Below are positions 54,586 through 64,000 of a stretch of 64,000 bases of DNA, piece by piece. The notes under the pieces are model-generated. The model searched no databases. It was not told the origin of the DNA and was given only the letters and a program-made list of their open reading frames with translations. Source of the stretch: an uncultured Planctomycetia bacterium (lineage in GTDB: Bacteria > Omnitrophota > Gorgyraeia > Duberdicusellales > 4484-171); assembly GCA_964455085.1 (NCBI GenBank), contig CAYVYJ010000005.1:21239-85238 (forward strand), read 5' to 3'. A program made the translations under genes and the position numbers. Numbering within the stretch: position 1 is the first letter of the stretch; each line of letters starts with the position of its first letter.

Positions 54586-54954
54586 TTACTTCTTAATTCC
54601 GCCCACTCTTGGCTTAGGACCCTTACGGGTACGGGCGTTACAGCGAGTACGCTGTCCCCGAACTGGAAGACCTTTTTTGTGGCGGATACCCCGATAACTG
54701 CTTATATCGATTAACCTACGTATATTTTGAGTGTTTTCCCGGCGTAATTCCCCTTCGATTCTATAATGTGCCTGGACAAATGAGGCAATTTGAGAAACCT
54801 CCTCTTCACTCAAGTCAGAAGCCTTTTTCTCGGGATCAATTCCGATATCATTAAGAATCTTGATCGAAGTTGTTGGACCAATCCCATAAATATATCTTAG
54901 GGCAATCTTTATCCTCTTATCCTTAGGAATGTCTACACCGAAAATTCTTGGCAT
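54586..54954 (-). CDS. rpsM: 30S ribosomal protein S13
   Basis: MPRIFGVDIPKDKRI. Confidence 0.9.
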   Translation of the reverse strand: MPRIFGVDIPKDKRIKIALRYIYGIGPTTSIKILNDIGIDPEKKASDLSEEEVSQIASFVQAHYRIEGELRRENTQNIRRLIDISSYRGIRHKKGLPVRGQRTRCNARTRKGPKPRVGGIKK

Positions 54955-55003
54955 CTTATTTTCTCCTTATCCCTTTCTTATCTAACCCTTATCGGTTACG
55001 ATT

Positions 55004-55117
55004 TTAACCCTGTCTTTGCTTATGCTTAGGGTTTTTACAGATAATCCTTACAATTTTTTTCCTCTTTATTATCTTACATTTATCACAAATTCGCTTAACT
55101 GACGCTTTAACTTTCAT
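55004..55117 (-). CDS. rpmJ: 50S ribosomal protein L36
   Basis: Manual translation gives [37 protein letters not shown]. It is not in the ORF track because it is only 37 aa. Confidence 0.85.
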   Translation of the reverse strand: MKVKASVKRICDKCKIIKRKKIVRIICKNPKHKQRQG

Positions 55118-55197
55118 CTCTTACCTACACTAGTTTTGTTCTGCTATATTATCTTTTACTTTCCTTTAAAACTTTATTGTCGATCAACGACAATGAT

Positions 55198-55260
55198 GGA
55201 TGCAATTTATCGGTTGAGGCTAAGCCTCAACCGGCTCCGCCTTCGGCGGAGATTGCATAC
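55198..55260. repeat. Structured palindromic intergenic element, copy B, carrying the same 24-mer core (55211..55234) as 681..704 in the opposite orientation
   Basis: ggatgcaat...CORE...ccgccttcggcgg...attgcatac. The reverse complement aligns with copy A (caatct + g/ccgaaggc hairpin + core). Confidence 0.6.
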
Positions 55261-55284
55261 ATCTTAATCAGCCTCTTCTAATAT

Positions 55285-55503
55285 CTATTTCTCGCGATAA
55301 GTTATTCTTCCTCTGGTTAAATCGTAAGGAGAAAGCTCTAACTTCACCTTGTCTCCGGGAAGAATCCTGATAAAATGCATTCGCATCTTACCAGAAACAT
55401 GAGCCAAAACAATATGCCCATTCTCCAGCTTCACCCTAAACATTGCATTCGGTAAAGCTTCTACGATCTCACCTTCAACTGCGATTAATTCTTCTTTTGC
55501 CAT
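55285..55503 (-). CDS. infA: Translation initiation factor IF-1
   Basis: 72 aa, S1-like. Confidence 0.9.
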   Translation of the reverse strand: MAKEELIAVEGEIVEALPNAMFRVKLENGHIVLAHVSGKMRMHFIRILPGDKVKLELSPYDLTRGRITYREK

Positions 55504-55516
55504 ATTTTTATTTAAA

Positions 55517-56263
55517 CTAACGGGTTAATACTTCAAACCCATTTTTGGTTACTGCTATAGTATGCTCAAAGTGAGCGGCTAAAGAATTATCTTTAGTCCT
55601 AGCGGTCCAACCATCGTCTAGGATGTCTACCGCGGAACTACCGGCTGCAACCATTGGTTCAACAGCAATAACACAACCTTCCAACAATTCACTTCCCTTA
55701 CCGGCGTCGCCAAAATTAGGAATTTCCGGTGGCAGGTGCAAGCTCCGACCTATTCCGTGACCTACGAATCTCCGAATCACTGAAAAGCCGTTTTTTTCAA
55801 CACATTTCTGAATGGCTGAACTCACGTCTCCTACGCTCCGGCCGGATTTTATCCGCCTTATCCCTGCCTTGAGTGATTGCCGGGTAACTTTTACTAACCT
55901 TTTGGCCAAAAGGGAAGCTTTACCTATAATATAGGTATAAGCAGTATCCACAAACAAGCCCTTATACTTAATCCCCAAATCTACGCTCACCAAATCTCCG
56001 TCATTAACTACCTGCTGCGAAGGAATTCCGTGGATTATCTCTTGATTAACCGAGACACAGCATGAGGCTGGATAACCCTTAAACCCCTTAAAGGCTGCTT
56101 CCATTCCCGGATACCGGTCAATTTCACGCTCAAAGAACTCTTCGATGTTCTTGGTTAAAATTCCTGGTTTTATAAAACCGTTTAGTTTCTTCAAAATTGC
56201 TGACGCCACCCGACCAGCCTTGCGCATCGTTATTAATTCTTGGCGGCTCAAAGGCTCATTCAT
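55517..56263 (-). CDS. map: Methionine aminopeptidase type I
   Basis: 248 aa with metal ligands D..D..H..E..E. Confidence 0.9.
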   Translation of the reverse strand: MNEPLSRQELITMRKAGRVASAILKKLNGFIKPGILTKNIEEFFEREIDRYPGMEAAFKGFKGYPASCCVSVNQEIIHGIPSQQVVNDGDLVSVDLGIKYKGLFVDTAYTYIIGKASLLAKRLVKVTRQSLKAGIRRIKSGRSVGDVSSAIQKCVEKNGFSVIRRFVGHGIGRSLHLPPEIPNFGDAGKGSELLEGCVIAVEPMVAAGSSAVDILDDGWTARTKDNSLAAHFEHTIAVTKNGFEVLTR

Positions 56264-56889
56264 TGCAGTTCATTTTTTATTCTTTCAAAGACCTCTTTAA
56301 TCTTCCCCTTAGCGTCAACTTTAACTAGTTTATTTTTTTTCTGGTAAAAATCCAAAACTTTACTAGCTTCCTGAGAAAATACCTGCCAACGGTTTTTTAT
56401 GACTTCCGGGTTATCATCATCTCTTTGTGCCAGCTCGCCGCCGCATTTATCACAGATACCGGCATTCTTTGAAGGCAGACTTACTAAATGATAGTTAGCT
56501 CCGCAAGACTTGCAAACTCTTCTTTTGGAAAGACGGTCAACTATTATCTGCTGATCAATATCTAAATAAATAACAATATCTACATCGCTATTGTTTTTAT
56601 TTAAAATTTCATCCAGTTTTCTAGCCTGGCTTAGGTTCCTCGGATAGCCATCAAGGAGAAACCCTTCTTGGTCAATATTTTCTTCAATCACCCGGGAGAC
56701 TAACTCATCGGGAACCAAGACACCTCGCTCCATATAGCTCTTCACTTCCTGGCCTAAATTACTCTCCTTTTTAACCTCTTCTCGTAAAATGTCTCCCAAT
56801 GATATTTTCCTGACCCCTAAGGAGTCTGCTAACAGCATTGCCTGCGTACCTTTACCTGAACCGGGTGAACCAAAAAGAATTACTCGCAT
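56260..56889 (-). CDS. adk: Adenylate kinase
   Basis: The true start is MRVILFGSPGSGKGTQA at 56889, with a GGGAGA RBS. The track ORF is extended upstream into secY. A Zn-lid CxxC...CxxC is present. Confidence 0.9.
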   Translation of the reverse strand: MRVILFGSPGSGKGTQAMLLADSLGVRKISLGDILREEVKKESNLGQEVKSYMERGVLVPDELVSRVIEENIDQEGFLLDGYPRNLSQARKLDEILNKNNSDVDIVIYLDIDQQIIVDRLSKRRVCKSCGANYHLVSLPSKNAGICDKCGGELAQRDDDNPEVIKNRWQVFSQEASKVLDFYQKKNKLVKVDAKGKIKEVFERIKNELQ

Positions 56890-56890
56890 C

Positions 56891-58246
56891 TTATTTTCTC
56901 CCCTTAAGGGTGCCACCTTTGATAAAACCGTCGTAGTTGCGGACAAGCAATTGTCCCTCAATCTGTTTCATGGTGTCCAAGATCACTCCAACCATAATCA
57001 AAAGGGTAGTTCCGCCAAAAAGTGAAACCAAGGCATAAGAAGGCACCTTAAACATATGCATAACAATGTTGGGAAAGATAGCAATAAAACCAATATAGAT
57101 AGCACCGATAAAAACAATTCGCGAGGCGACAAAATCAAGATAATTTGCCGTAGGCCGGCCTGGTCTTATTCCGGGAATAAACCCTCCGTATTTCTTCAAA
57201 TTATTACCTATCTCTAAAGGATTAAATACCATAGCAGTATAGAAATACATAAAAAACATAATCAAAGCAACAAAAATGAGGTTATACCACACTCCCCTTT
57301 GCTGGACTATCATCTGTAAGAAATTAATAAATGCTCCCTTTTGACGAAAAAACATTAATATTGTAGCTGGAAAAGAAATCAGGGCGCTAGCAAAAATTAT
57401 GGCAATTACTCCTGACATATCTATTTTTATCGGTAAGTAAGTACTCTGGCCGCCATAAACACGTCTACCAACAACTCTTTTTCCGTATTGAATCGGGATT
57501 CTCCGCTGAGCCTGCGTAAAGAGGACTACTGCCGTAATCATTGCGAAAAATAAGACTATCAAGGCAATTATTATCGGAGTGGGAATCTGTCGTTTGGAAG
57601 GATCAAAGGGAGAGTAAAGTATCCAAAGTTGGCTTAACGAAGAAGGGATACGCGAAATAATACTGGTAGTAATGATTATTGATATCCCGTTACCAATACC
57701 TCTCTCCTGGATTTGTTCTCCTAACCACATAACAAAAATTGTCCCACAAGTTAAGGTAAGTATAGTTATTAGCTTAAACACTAAACCGGGATTAGGAACT
57801 ATGATAATATTATTAAAATTCGCCGGATTCTCCAACCATAACGACAAGAATAATCCCTGGACCGCGCATAATGCAAAGGTAAGATATCTGGTATATTGGT
57901 TTATCTTTTCATAACCGGCCTTACCTTCTTTAGCAATCCGCTCAAGAGCTGGCAAGACTCCGGTAAGAAGCTGCATAATAATTGATGCGGAAATATAAGG
58001 CATGATCCCTAAAGAAAAGATGCTCAAACGAGTTAGGGCCCCACCAGTAAAAAGATTAACCATACCCAAGAGGCCCTGACCTTGAGTTTTAGCAAGCTTA
58101 TCAAAAAACTGGGTCAAAGCAAAAGTATCTACCCCAGCAGTAGGAATAAAACAACCTGCACGATAGACAATCAACAACGACAAAGTTATAAAAATCTTTC
58201 GCCTTAACTCCTTTATTTTAAATATATTACTTATCGACCCAAACAC
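56891..58246 (-). CDS. secY: Preprotein translocase SecY
   Basis: 451 aa with 10 TM segments. Confidence 0.9.
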   Translation of the reverse strand: MFGSISNIFKIKELRRKIFITLSLLIVYRAGCFIPTAGVDTFALTQFFDKLAKTQGQGLLGMVNLFTGGALTRLSIFSLGIMPYISASIIMQLLTGVLPALERIAKEGKAGYEKINQYTRYLTFALCAVQGLFLSLWLENPANFNNIIIVPNPGLVFKLITILTLTCGTIFVMWLGEQIQERGIGNGISIIITTSIISRIPSSLSQLWILYSPFDPSKRQIPTPIIIALIVLFFAMITAVVLFTQAQRRIPIQYGKRVVGRRVYGGQSTYLPIKIDMSGVIAIIFASALISFPATILMFFRQKGAFINFLQMIVQQRGVWYNLIFVALIMFFMYFYTAMVFNPLEIGNNLKKYGGFIPGIRPGRPTANYLDFVASRIVFIGAIYIGFIAIFPNIVMHMFKVPSYALVSLFGGTTLLIMVGVILDTMKQIEGQLLVRNYDGFIKGGTLKGRK

Positions 58247-58689
58247 TCTATGCGTCCTCCAGCGGCTTCAATCAGCTCTTTAGCTTTTAAAGAGAATTTA
58301 TCGACTTTGACCACTAACTTCTTGGATAACTCTCCTTCTACAACAGCCAAAACCTTAACCGGTTTCTTCTCGTCTTTTATTAAGTTCAGTTTCTTTAAGG
58401 CTTTAGGGGTGACTTCGCTTATGTCCTTTACCCGCTTCTGAATATCCCTTAAATTAACTATTTGATACTCTGTCTTCCGTAAGGGTGTAAAACCCCGTTT
58501 GGGAAGCACTCTGGTTAAAGGGAGGTTACCGCCTCTAAACCCAGCATAAGGAAGTTTTTTTCCTTTACGCTGGCCAGCTCCTTTGTGGCCCCGTCCAGAA
58601 GTTTTACCCCTACCGGTTCCTGCCCCACGACCTAATCGTTTGGGTTTTTTATTCTTTTTGCCTATTTTTTTAATATTTGATAAATCCAT
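58231..58689 (-). CDS. rplO: 50S ribosomal protein L15
   Basis: Gly/Arg-rich N-terminus. It directly follows S5; there is no L30 gene between them. Confidence 0.9.
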   Translation of the reverse strand: MDLSNIKKIGKKNKKPKRLGRGAGTGRGKTSGRGHKGAGQRKGKKLPYAGFRGGNLPLTRVLPKRGFTPLRKTEYQIVNLRDIQKRVKDISEVTPKALKKLNLIKDEKKPVKVLAVVEGELSKKLVVKVDKFSLKAKELIEAAGGRIECLGR

Positions 58690-58691
58690 TC

Positions 58692-59165
58692 CTAACCCTT
58701 TAAACTCTTTAAGCCTTCAAAAGCCGCTTTAACCACATTTACCGGATTGGTTGAATTTTTTATATTCTTAGTCAAAATATCCTTTATCCCCGCGCATTCA
58801 CAAACTGCCCTTACCGGAGAACAAGCAATAACACCGGTTCCTTCTGCTGCTGGTTTAAACAAAATACCAACTGCGCCAAACCTTCCAACTACCTTGTGAG
58901 CAATGGTTGTTCCCTTCTTCTTAATAAGGGTCACTTCCTTTTTGGCCTTATTTATTCCTTTTCGTATAGCATCAGCAACTTCATTAGCTTTACCTAAAGC
59001 AAATCCAGCCCGGGATTCACCATCTCCGACAACTACTAGTGCTGTGAAACTTAAGTTTTTACCTCCTTTAGTAACCTTGGTGGTTCGATTTATAAAAAGA
59101 ACTTTTTCGATAAAGGCTTCCCCTTTCTTCTCTGCTTCTTTGTTCTCGTTCGGCTGGTTCCTCAA
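58692..59165 (-). CDS. rpsE: 30S ribosomal protein S5
   Basis: Family motifs. Confidence 0.9.
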   Translation of the reverse strand: MRNQPNENKEAEKKGEAFIEKVLFINRTTKVTKGGKNLSFTALVVVGDGESRAGFALGKANEVADAIRKGINKAKKEVTLIKKKGTTIAHKVVGRFGAVGILFKPAAEGTGVIACSPVRAVCECAGIKDILTKNIKNSTNPVNVVKAAFEGLKSLKG

Positions 59166-59515
59166 AACTTCAATCCTCCTTCTCTTGCACCTTCAGCTAA
59201 TTTTTTTACTCTTCCGTGGTATTTATAACCACCTCGATCAAAACAGACATTTTTAACCCCTAACTTTTGTGCTTTCTCAGAAATCATCTTACCCACCTCA
59301 TTGGCCCCTTCTTGATTAGTAGCCTTCATCTTCTTAGCCTTGAATTCCTTATGTAAGGTAGAAAATTCTGCTATTACTTTTCCCAAGGCATCATCAATTA
59401 TCTGAGCATAAATATGCTTTTTGCTCCTGAAAACTACCAGACGTGGCCGGGAGGCACTGCCCCTAACTCTATGGGCAATACTCTTGTGTCTTCTTTTTCT
59501 TCCTATCCGCTTCAT
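59162..59515 (-). CDS. rplR: 50S ribosomal protein L18
   Basis: Family motifs. Confidence 0.9.
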   Translation of the reverse strand: MKRIGRKRRHKSIAHRVRGSASRPRLVVFRSKKHIYAQIIDDALGKVIAEFSTLHKEFKAKKMKATNQEGANEVGKMISEKAQKLGVKNVCFDRGGYKYHGRVKKLAEGAREGGLKF

Positions 59516-60063
59516 TTCGCTAATGCCTTTCCTAACTTCTTGCGTACCTCTTCCCCGAGGTACCTTATGCCTTTGCCCTTATAGGGCTCAGGTGGGTATA
59601 TCCGTCTTAGTTTAGCGGCAAACTCACCGACTTTCTGCTTATCAATCCCCTCAATCACAATGCGGGTGGGGGCAGGAGTAGAAACCTTTAACTCTGGCAA
59701 TACATCTATCTCAACTGGATGGGAAAAACCTACGCTTAAAGAAAGTTTACTCCCTTTCATCTGAGCTTTGTACCCCACACCAATTATTTCCAGCTCTTTC
59801 TTAAACCCTTTAGTTATACCTTCAATCATATTAGCAATTAAAACTCGTATTGTTCCGTGAAGGCTCTTTAATTGCTTAGAATCATTATCTCGTTTAACCG
59901 TCAAAGTATCACCGGACAACTCTAATTTAATGCCATTGGGAATAACCAACTCTAATTTCTGTTTAGAGCCCTCCACAAGACAGGAGTTTCCTTCAATCTT
60001 AACTTTAATCTCTTTAGGCACTACTAATGGTTGTTTCCCTACTCGTGACATGGTAATTACCAA
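59512..60063 (-). CDS. rplF: 50S ribosomal protein L6
   Basis: Family motifs. Confidence 0.9.
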   Translation of the reverse strand: MVITMSRVGKQPLVVPKEIKVKIEGNSCLVEGSKQKLELVIPNGIKLELSGDTLTVKRDNDSKQLKSLHGTIRVLIANMIEGITKGFKKELEIIGVGYKAQMKGSKLSLSVGFSHPVEIDVLPELKVSTPAPTRIVIEGIDKQKVGEFAAKLRRIYPPEPYKGKGIRYLGEEVRKKLGKALAK

Positions 60064-60452
60064 ATTATTCCGATAACTTCTCCACCAATTCCTTTTTCAC
60101 GAGCTACCCTTTCAGTAATAATCCCTACCGAAGTCGAAACTAAAGTTATTCCGTAGCCACCGAGAGCAGTAGGAATACTCTTTCTCTTAGCATAGACTCT
60201 TCTTCCCGGTGAAGAAACTCTCTCCAGCTGGCTAATAGCGCTGGCTTTCCCTTCATATTTCAAATAAACCTTTATTTTTTTAAATCTTTCCAGATCGACT
60301 TCTTTAAAATTTTCCAAATACCCCTCTTCTTTTAAAATTTCACAAATCCTCAATACGGATTTAGAGTAAGGAACATAAGCTTCATCTTTCTTTGCCCTTG
60401 CAGCATTTCTTATTACTGTAAAAGCATCACTAATTAAATCTGTTCTACTCAT
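60057..60452 (-). CDS. rpsH: 30S ribosomal protein S8
   Basis: Family motifs. Confidence 0.9.
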   Translation of the reverse strand: MSRTDLISDAFTVIRNAARAKKDEAYVPYSKSVLRICEILKEEGYLENFKEVDLERFKKIKVYLKYEGKASAISQLERVSSPGRRVYAKRKSIPTALGGYGITLVSTSVGIITERVAREKGIGGEVIGIIW

Positions 60453-60481
60453 ATCTAATACCTCTTAACTTATACGATTTT

Positions 60482-60676
60482 TTACCAGCTGGCTTTTTTT
60501 ACGCCGGGAATTAACCCCTGCCAGGCAAGCTGTCGGAAGCAAATTCGACAAAGTTCAAAATCCCGGATATATCCCCTAGGTCTACCACATAGACGACAAC
60601 GATTTTTATAACGGGTAGAAAATTTTGATTTTATCTTCTCACGCTTCCACTTCTCAATTTTAGCTGTAGTGGCCAT
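60482..60676 (-). CDS. rpsZ: 30S ribosomal protein S14, type Z (zinc-binding)
   Basis: CRLCGR...CRIC gives four Zn-ligand Cys; 64 aa. Confidence 0.9.
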   Translation of the reverse strand: MATTAKIEKWKREKIKSKFSTRYKNRCRLCGRPRGYIRDFELCRICFRQLAWQGLIPGVKKASW

Positions 60677-60677
60677 T

Positions 60678-61256
60678 CTACCTCCTAAAAGGAAACCCGA
60701 ACGACTTAAGCAGCTCCATTGCCTCTTCGTCGCTCTTGGCGCTGGTATTAATACAAATGTTCATGCCTTGAGTTCTACTTATCTTATCAAGGTTAAGTTC
60801 GGGAAAAATGCCTTGCTCCAGCAATCCAAAGGTATAATTCCCGTTTCCATCAAAAGATTTTGCCGAAAATCCCCTAAAATCACGAATCCGGGGCATTGCT
60901 ATTGTAATAAGACGGTCGAAAAACTCATACATCATATTCTTTCGTAAAGTCACACAACAACCTATGGCCTGACCCTTCCTTAGCTTAAAGTTGGATATTG
61001 GTTTACGGGAACGACATATCTTGGCCTTCTGCCCGGTAATTAAAGCCAGCTCCTCAGCTGCCTTCTCCGCAATCTTTGAGTCAGAAGTTGCCTCGCCAAG
61101 ACCCATATTTATGACAATCTTTATTAAGCGGGGCACAGCAAGGCTATTCTTATAATGGAGTTTTTCCCTAAGCTGTGGAATGATTTCTTCCCGGTAAATC
61201 TTAAGTAAACGTGGTGGTGGTTTTTTTTCTAAATTGGCCTCTGACATCTCTTGCAA
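60678..61256 (-). CDS. rplE: 50S ribosomal protein L5
   Basis: Family motifs. Confidence 0.9.
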   Translation of the reverse strand: MQEMSEANLEKKPPPRLLKIYREEIIPQLREKLHYKNSLAVPRLIKIVINMGLGEATSDSKIAEKAAEELALITGQKAKICRSRKPISNFKLRKGQAIGCCVTLRKNMMYEFFDRLITIAMPRIRDFRGFSAKSFDGNGNYTFGLLEQGIFPELNLDKISRTQGMNICINTSAKSDEEAMELLKSFGFPFRR

Positions 61257-61543
61257 ATCCTTACCTTACTCTTATCATCGGATATTTTCACCCCAAATCT
61301 TATTCCTTTATTACAATTGCTACAAAATAAAGCTACATTGGAGCGGTTAATGCTTTGGGGGATATCTTTTATTCCTCCGGTCTCAGCCTCCGAGCGACGC
61401 CGGATGTGCTTTTTGACTAAGTTAACACCTTCAACAATCACCCGCTTCGACTTGGAATCAGCCTGTAAAACCTTACCAACCTTTCCCTTATTTCTACCAG
61501 CAATGACTGCTACCTTATCGCTTTTCTTTATTTCTAAGCCCAT
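61229..61543 (-). CDS. rplX: 50S ribosomal protein L24
   Basis: KOW motif. Confidence 0.9.
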   Translation of the reverse strand: MGLEIKKSDKVAVIAGRNKGKVGKVLQADSKSKRVIVEGVNLVKKHIRRRSEAETGGIKDIPQSINRSNVALFCSNCNKGIRFGVKISDDKSKVRICKRCQRPI

Positions 61544-61546
61544 TGA

Positions 61547-61912
61547 TTATATCACCTCTGGAGCTAAAGATAATATCTTGCTAAATCTATCTCTTAACTC
61601 ACGGGCTACCGGACCAAATACTCTTGTTGCCCGGGGGTTACCTTGCTTATCAATGATTACGCAAGCATTCTTATCAAACCTAATCGCCAAACCATCCCTT
61701 CTCTTAATTGGATAGTGAGTTCTCACTACTACAGCCCTTACAACCTCTCCTTTCTTTATCGGGGCATTAGGTGCAGCTATTTTTACGCTAGCGGTAATCA
61801 CATCACCAATATCAGCATGATCCTTATTCTTCCTGCCAATGACACTAATAAAAGCAACTTTTCTTGCTCCGCTGTTATCAGCCACATCTAATTTACTTCG
61901 AAGATAAATCAT
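61547..61912 (-). CDS. rplN: 50S ribosomal protein L14
   Basis: Family motifs. Confidence 0.9.
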   Translation of the reverse strand: MIYLRSKLDVADNSGARKVAFISVIGRKNKDHADIGDVITASVKIAAPNAPIKKGEVVRAVVVRTHYPIKRRDGLAIRFDKNACVIIDKQGNPRATRVFGPVARELRDRFSKILSLAPEVI

Positions 61913-62148
61913 TTTATAATCTCAACTAATTTAAAATATTTATTTTTGGAAAAAGGACGTGATTCAATTATTCTTACTCTGTCGCCAACTTTTGCTTGGT
62001 TCTTGACATCATGGACCCGAAACTTTTTCTTCTTTGCCAGCGGTCGCTTGTACAGCTGATGTGAAAATTTCATTTTTACTAAAACCGTAATGGTCTTATC
62101 ACAGGCATCAGAAACCACCAGGCCTTCTAAAATTTTACCTTTTTTCAC
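61909..62148 (-). CDS. rpsQ: 30S ribosomal protein S17
   Basis: Family motifs. Confidence 0.9.
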   Translation of the reverse strand: MKKGKILEGLVVSDACDKTITVLVKMKFSHQLYKRPLAKKKKFRVHDVKNQAKVGDRVRIIESRPFSKNKYFKLVEIIK

Positions 62149-62338
62149 TATCAGCTCCTTGTTTTTGGTTTAAAACCGTAAAAATACGGGCAATATCTCT
62201 CTTTACCACTTTAAAAAGGTGTGGTTTCTCCACGCTGCTGCGGCGCTTGAATTGTAATTCCATAAGCTGTTTACTCAAATCCTCTAATTTATCCTCTAAT
62301 TCTTGTTTTGATAATCCCAGTAATTCTTTAGTTTTCAT
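62135..62338 (-). CDS. rpmC: 50S ribosomal protein L29
   Basis: Family motifs. Confidence 0.85.
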   Translation of the reverse strand: MKTKELLGLSKQELEDKLEDLSKQLMELQFKRRSSVEKPHLFKVVKRDIARIFTVLNQKQGADSEKR

Positions 62339-62345
62339 CTCTTAA

Positions 62346-62756
62346 CTACCTTTTTCTGGTTACAAACATAGTTTTAAACGGTAACTTATAGGCAATCAAC
62401 CGGAAAGATGCCCGGGCATAATCCTCAGGAACCCCTCCTAATTCAAAAAGAACTTTACCTCTTCTTACAACCGCTACCCAGTTCTCAACTTCACCCTTAC
62501 CCTTGCCTTGCCGGGATTCTGCGGGTTTTTTAGTTACTGGTTTATCCGGAAAAACTCTTATCCAAAGCTTGCCACCCCTTCTCAGACGCCGAGTCAAAAT
62601 AATTCTTGCGGCCTCAATTACCGTATTTTTGAGCCATCCTACACCCAAAGCCTTTATCCCGTATTCACCAAAATTAACGGTAGAACCACTGACTGCAAGA
62701 CCCTTACGTCTTCCCCTTTGGGCCTTTCTGTATTTTACTCTTTTAGGAATAAGCAT
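62346..62756 (-). CDS. rplP: 50S ribosomal protein L16
   Basis: Family motifs. Confidence 0.9.
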   Translation of the reverse strand: MLIPKRVKYRKAQRGRRKGLAVSGSTVNFGEYGIKALGVGWLKNTVIEAARIILTRRLRRGGKLWIRVFPDKPVTKKPAESRQGKGKGEVENWVAVVRRGKVLFELGGVPEDYARASFRLIAYKLPFKTMFVTRKR

Positions 62757-62770
62757 AATTAATGTTTTTG

Positions 62771-63433
62771 CTATTCTTCTTCTCTAATCAAATAATGTCC
62801 TAATCTCTTCTCGCCCTTATAAATCCACACTTTAACTCCAATCGTACCGTAAGTAGTCTTGGCGATGTGAAATCCGTAATCTATATCAGCCCGAAATGTT
62901 TGCAGCGGTACTTTACCATACTTATAAGATTCTTTGCGCGCGATTTCTACTCCCCCTAAGCGGCCGGAACACTTTAGCTTTATCCCCTCACCACCAGAGG
63001 CAATCACTTGTTGTATCGCTTTTTTCATTGCTCTTCTGAAGTTTATCCGGCGAATAAGCTGGAATCCGATCATCTCCGCTACTAACTGTGCTTCTAGGGC
63101 CGGATCAATAACCTCTTCAACATCGATAATGATTTCTTTGTTGGTTAATCTATTCAATTCTGACTTTACCCGTTCGATATCTTGACCGCGTCTGCCGATG
63201 ATGACACCGGGACGAGAAGTTCGTATCCGGATTCTCACAATCCCCGAAGATACCCTTTCAATAATTATTGTTGCTACTGAACCCCGAGAATAACTTTTCT
63301 TGATATGTTCTCTTATCCGGATATCTTCCTCTAGGAACGAGGCAAATTCACTTTTCTTAGAAGAAAACCAACGCGAAAGCCAATCTTTGCCAAACCCAAT
63401 CCTTAGAATGTAAGGGTGAACTTTTTGTCCCAT
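62771..63433 (-). CDS. rpsC: 30S ribosomal protein S3
   Basis: KH domain. Confidence 0.9.
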   Translation of the reverse strand: MGQKVHPYILRIGFGKDWLSRWFSSKKSEFASFLEEDIRIREHIKKSYSRGSVATIIIERVSSGIVRIRIRTSRPGVIIGRRGQDIERVKSELNRLTNKEIIIDVEEVIDPALEAQLVAEMIGFQLIRRINFRRAMKKAIQQVIASGGEGIKLKCSGRLGGVEIARKESYKYGKVPLQTFRADIDYGFHIAKTTYGTIGVKVWIYKGEKRLGHYLIREEE

Positions 63434-63437
63434 AACT

Positions 63438-63815
63438 TTACCTTGTTTTTACTCCTTTACTCATTTTCGTTTCTTTAATTAATTTTTCTGAACTTCCCAG
63501 CTCGATCAAAATGTGTGATGTACGTTTGCGTATCATTGTTGCCCGGCCAAAAGAAGCTGCTCGATATCGCTTTAAGGTTGGGCCGGGATTGGCTACAACT
63601 TTGGAGATAAACAGTTTATCTTCCTGGTATCCTTTATTCTTTGCATTAGCTAAAGCTGATTTTAATACCTTATTTAGGTAATAAGCACCTCTTTTATTAA
63701 TCAAAGTCAACTCCGAAATTGCTCCGGCCACCTTCTTATTCTTCACTAAAGCGATAACCGGTCTAACTTTTGTCGGAGAAATTCTAATATATTTTGCTTC
63801 AGCTCTGGCTACCAT
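63438..63815 (-). CDS. rplV: 50S ribosomal protein L22
   Basis: Family motifs. Confidence 0.9.
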   Translation of the reverse strand: MVARAEAKYIRISPTKVRPVIALVKNKKVAGAISELTLINKRGAYYLNKVLKSALANAKNKGYQEDKLFISKVVANPGPTLKRYRAASFGRATMIRKRTSHILIELGSSEKLIKETKMSKGVKTR

Positions 63816-63826
63816 TTTCTCAAAAT

Positions 63827-64000
63827 TTACTTTTTAGCTATTGCTTTTTTAGCCTTTATTCCCCCGTGCTGCTTAAATGTCCGAGTGGGCACAAGTTCAC
63901 CCAAACGATGCCCAACCATAGCCTCGGTTACAAAAACCGGAACATGTTTCTTACCGTTATGCACAGCAAAGGTAAGACCCACGAACTCCGGATCAATCAT
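63827..64000 (-). CDS. rpsS: 30S ribosomal protein S19, C-terminal part (5' end lies outside the window)
   Basis: Manual translation gives ...[40 protein letters not shown], with stop codon at 63827..63829. Confidence 0.8.
   Translation of the reverse strand: MIDPEFVGLTFAVHNGKKHVPVFVTEAMVGHRLGELVPTRTFKQHGGIKAKKAIAKK

Noticed and set aside
2570-62787. All plus-strand ORFs in the track, for example 2570..2854, 3598..4134, 17125..17319, 21302..21556, 26383..26685, 33524..33781, 40748..41089, 51898..52179, 57672..57914, 61251..61715 and 62503..62787
   Set aside because: Each lies entirely antisense within a well-supported minus-strand gene. Their translations are low-complexity with no recognisable domains. 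These are shadow ORFs.

Overview
This is a 64-kb bacterial chromosomal window of roughly 40% GC in which every credible gene is on the minus strand. All plus-strand ORFs in the supplied track lie antisense inside minus-strand genes and are treated as spurious.

Gene order on the minus strand, from high to low coordinates:
1. A contiguous S10/spc/alpha ribosomal-protein super-operon (rpsS' ... rplO-secY-adk-map-infA-rpmJ-rpsM-rpsK-rpsD-rpoA-rplQ). L30 is absent.
2. A small metabolic block: class I/II aminotransferase, LeuC-like and LeuD-like dehydratase subunits with pilT inserted between them, Icd/LeuB-family dehydrogenase, mdh, an Lpd-like flavoprotein disulfide reductase and an acyl-CoA dehydrogenase.
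3. aroK-dprA-topA-xerC.
4. A lipid A / LPS inner-core block: waaA, lpxK, an LpxL::ELM1-like fusion, a GT4::GT9 fusion, a GT4, a polysaccharide deacetylase and three tandem GT9 heptosyltransferases.
5. An approximately 16-kb operon for a group-4 (energy-converting, Mbh/Ech-like) [NiFe] hydrogenase (11.9 kb of structural genes plus maturase genes, 11066..27131). It begins with an AsrA/AsrB-like FeS-flavoprotein pair and a HycB-like ferredoxin. Next come the NuoH/NuoB/NuoC-like subunits and a bona fide [NiFe] large subunit, then a seven-gene Mrp-type antiporter module and a NuoI-like subunit. It is preceded by a near-perfect Rex operator and ends with hycI, a zinc-finger-less hypA, an unusual HypC::HydE fusion, rex and hydG.
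6. Housekeeping genes: aldo/keto reductase, SDR epimerase, HAD hydrolase, secreted SNase-family nuclease, M48 peptidase, glyQS, ppdK, a sigma-70-family sigma factor and apt.
7. tRNA-Arg(CCU), followed by a partial duplicate of its 3' end.
8. A cobalamin riboswitch with terminator, controlling a 5'-partial BtuF-like periplasmic binding-protein gene.

Several intergenic regions carry related short palindromic repeats, and two regions carry 20-22 bp direct repeats flanking roughly 100-bp hairpin-containing inserts.

The most unusual element is the maturation suite next to the [NiFe] hydrogenase. It combines [FeFe]-type radical-SAM maturases (hydG, and hydE fused to a HypC-like domain) with rex and a truncated hypA. 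No hypD/E/F, hydF or hydA is present in the window.
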